Shown here: one piece after another, positions 31,901 through 32,000 of the stretch | Position numbering within the stretch: the stretch's first letter is position 1 | How the letters are laid out: each line of letters opens with the position of its first letter | NCBI RefSeq assembly: GCF_052907985.1 | Contig: NZ_CM128594.1 | Reading direction: 5' to 3' (one strand) | DNA length: 32,000 nucleotides | Notes under the pieces: model-generated | Databases searched by the model: none | Told to the model about the DNA's origin: nothing | Seen by the model: the letters and a program-made list of their open reading frames with translations, nothing else | Made by a program: the position numbers and the translations under genes

Positions 31901-32000
31901 AGCCAGGCTATCCAGCTGCCAAATACAAAAGCGGAAAGCATTACCTGGAATGAAGATCAAAAAGGCATTTATACCGCAACGTATACCGCTTTACTTCCTG
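28940..32000 (+). CDS. Large intimin/invasin-like inverse autotransporter adhesin (signal, LysM, beta-domain, Ig-like repeats), truncated by window end
   Basis: ATG at 28940; LysM-like VAARFGITVDELRRLNQFRTFARGFDNVRQGDEIDVP; intimin-type beta-domain (GIGWRYFTSSWMSGINLFIDHDLSRYHTRTGMGVEYWRDYLKLSGNGYLRLSNW); then Big-type repeats. Frame checked at 30002, 31001 and 31982. Confidence 0.92.
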   Translation, partial: MTGKAHGNGNRWGDNSVCGLGDRLRRLTAGLCLITQTIFPVIAAAPTHVNPAHSDTAASLILSNVKTIPYTLGALESPPTVAARFGITVDELRRLNQFRTFARGFDNVRQGDEIDVPLINSNSPEARTLKAMQMERDGKDPQMQVAEVAQQSGTLLARDMDSEQAASMARGWVASSVSAQATDWLSRWGTARVSLGVDEDFSLKSSSFEFLHPWYETPDNLVFSQHALHRTDDRTQTNHGIGWRYFTSSWMSGINLFIDHDLSRYHTRTGMGVEYWRDYLKLSGNGYLRLSNWRSAPELDNDYEARPANGWDLRAEGWLPAWPQLGGKLVYEQYYGDEVALFGKDERQNDPHAITAGLSYTPVPLISFSAEQRQGKQGENDTRIGMELTLQPGHSLQKQLDPAEVAARRSLAGSRYDLVDRNNNIVLEYRKKELVRLTLTDPLKGKPGEVKSLVSSLQTKYALKGYDIEAASLQSAGGKVAVSGKDIQVTIPPYRFTVMPETDNTYPITVIAEDSKGNFSRREESMVVVEKPTLSLADSTLSVDLQILLADGKSISTLTYTARDSSGKPIPGMTLKTHAKGLQDFALSEWKDNGNGTYTQLVTSGKTSGALSLMPQFNGDDVAKTPALIAIVANMASRADSMIETDQNNYVAGKPIGVKVTLKDENGNGVTGRKELLKQAVKVDNTKTDAVSAWTEESEGVYKANYTAHLIGDKLTAQLTMPGWQTKHSDAFSIAGDKDTAKIAAMQITANNAVARRDHNTVAVTVRDVHQNLLQGQNVTFTVVNGAAVFADPNGGIVTTDKDGIASVNLASDQAVNSLIKAEINGSSQSVEVSFITGDISQLTSTIKTDDVSYTAGGKIKVTVTLMDEQKNRVTGMASLLAGSGVVEVSGTDTNETGNWSEESDGVYTTTRTAKIAGNSHYATLKLSTWSSVQQSDAYVIRESGAVLAYSSIVTDKTTYTAGGAIKVTVTLKDSYENLVGGQRDAISQAIQLPNTKAESITWNEDQKGIYTATYTALLP

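Overview
The window is an Escherichia-type chromosomal segment whose backbone matches the K-12 order I know: (yidP) - glvCB - glvG - yidL - yidK - yidJ - yidI - yidH - yidG - yidF - emrD - tisB/istR - ivbL - ilvB - ilvN - [insert] - uhpA - uhpB - uhpC - uhpT - ade - adeQ - yicN - [toxin/antitoxin pair] - nepI - [large invasin/intimin-like gene, truncated by the window end]. The strongest candidate for something undescribed is the AT-rich insert of about 3.4 kb between ilvN and uhpA. It holds two same-strand ORFs (14571..15866 and 16157..17605) that are diverged paralogs of each other and match no family I can name. They have near-identical start contexts, hairpins on both flanks, an 18-nt direct repeat and a duplicated terminator-like element. 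Other points of interest: a premature TAG at codon 18 of ade, apparently intact glvCB and glvG, a HigBA/RelE-like pair with its own upstream inverted repeat, a SPASM-like YidF without a radical-SAM core beside a Cys-type sulfatase, the tisB/IstR-1 pairing site readable directly in the DNA, and a LysM/inverse-autotransporter adhesin. The supplied ORF track puts the AraC-family yidL ORF on the wrong strand. All family assignments come from reading motifs and recalled sequences; no database searches were run.
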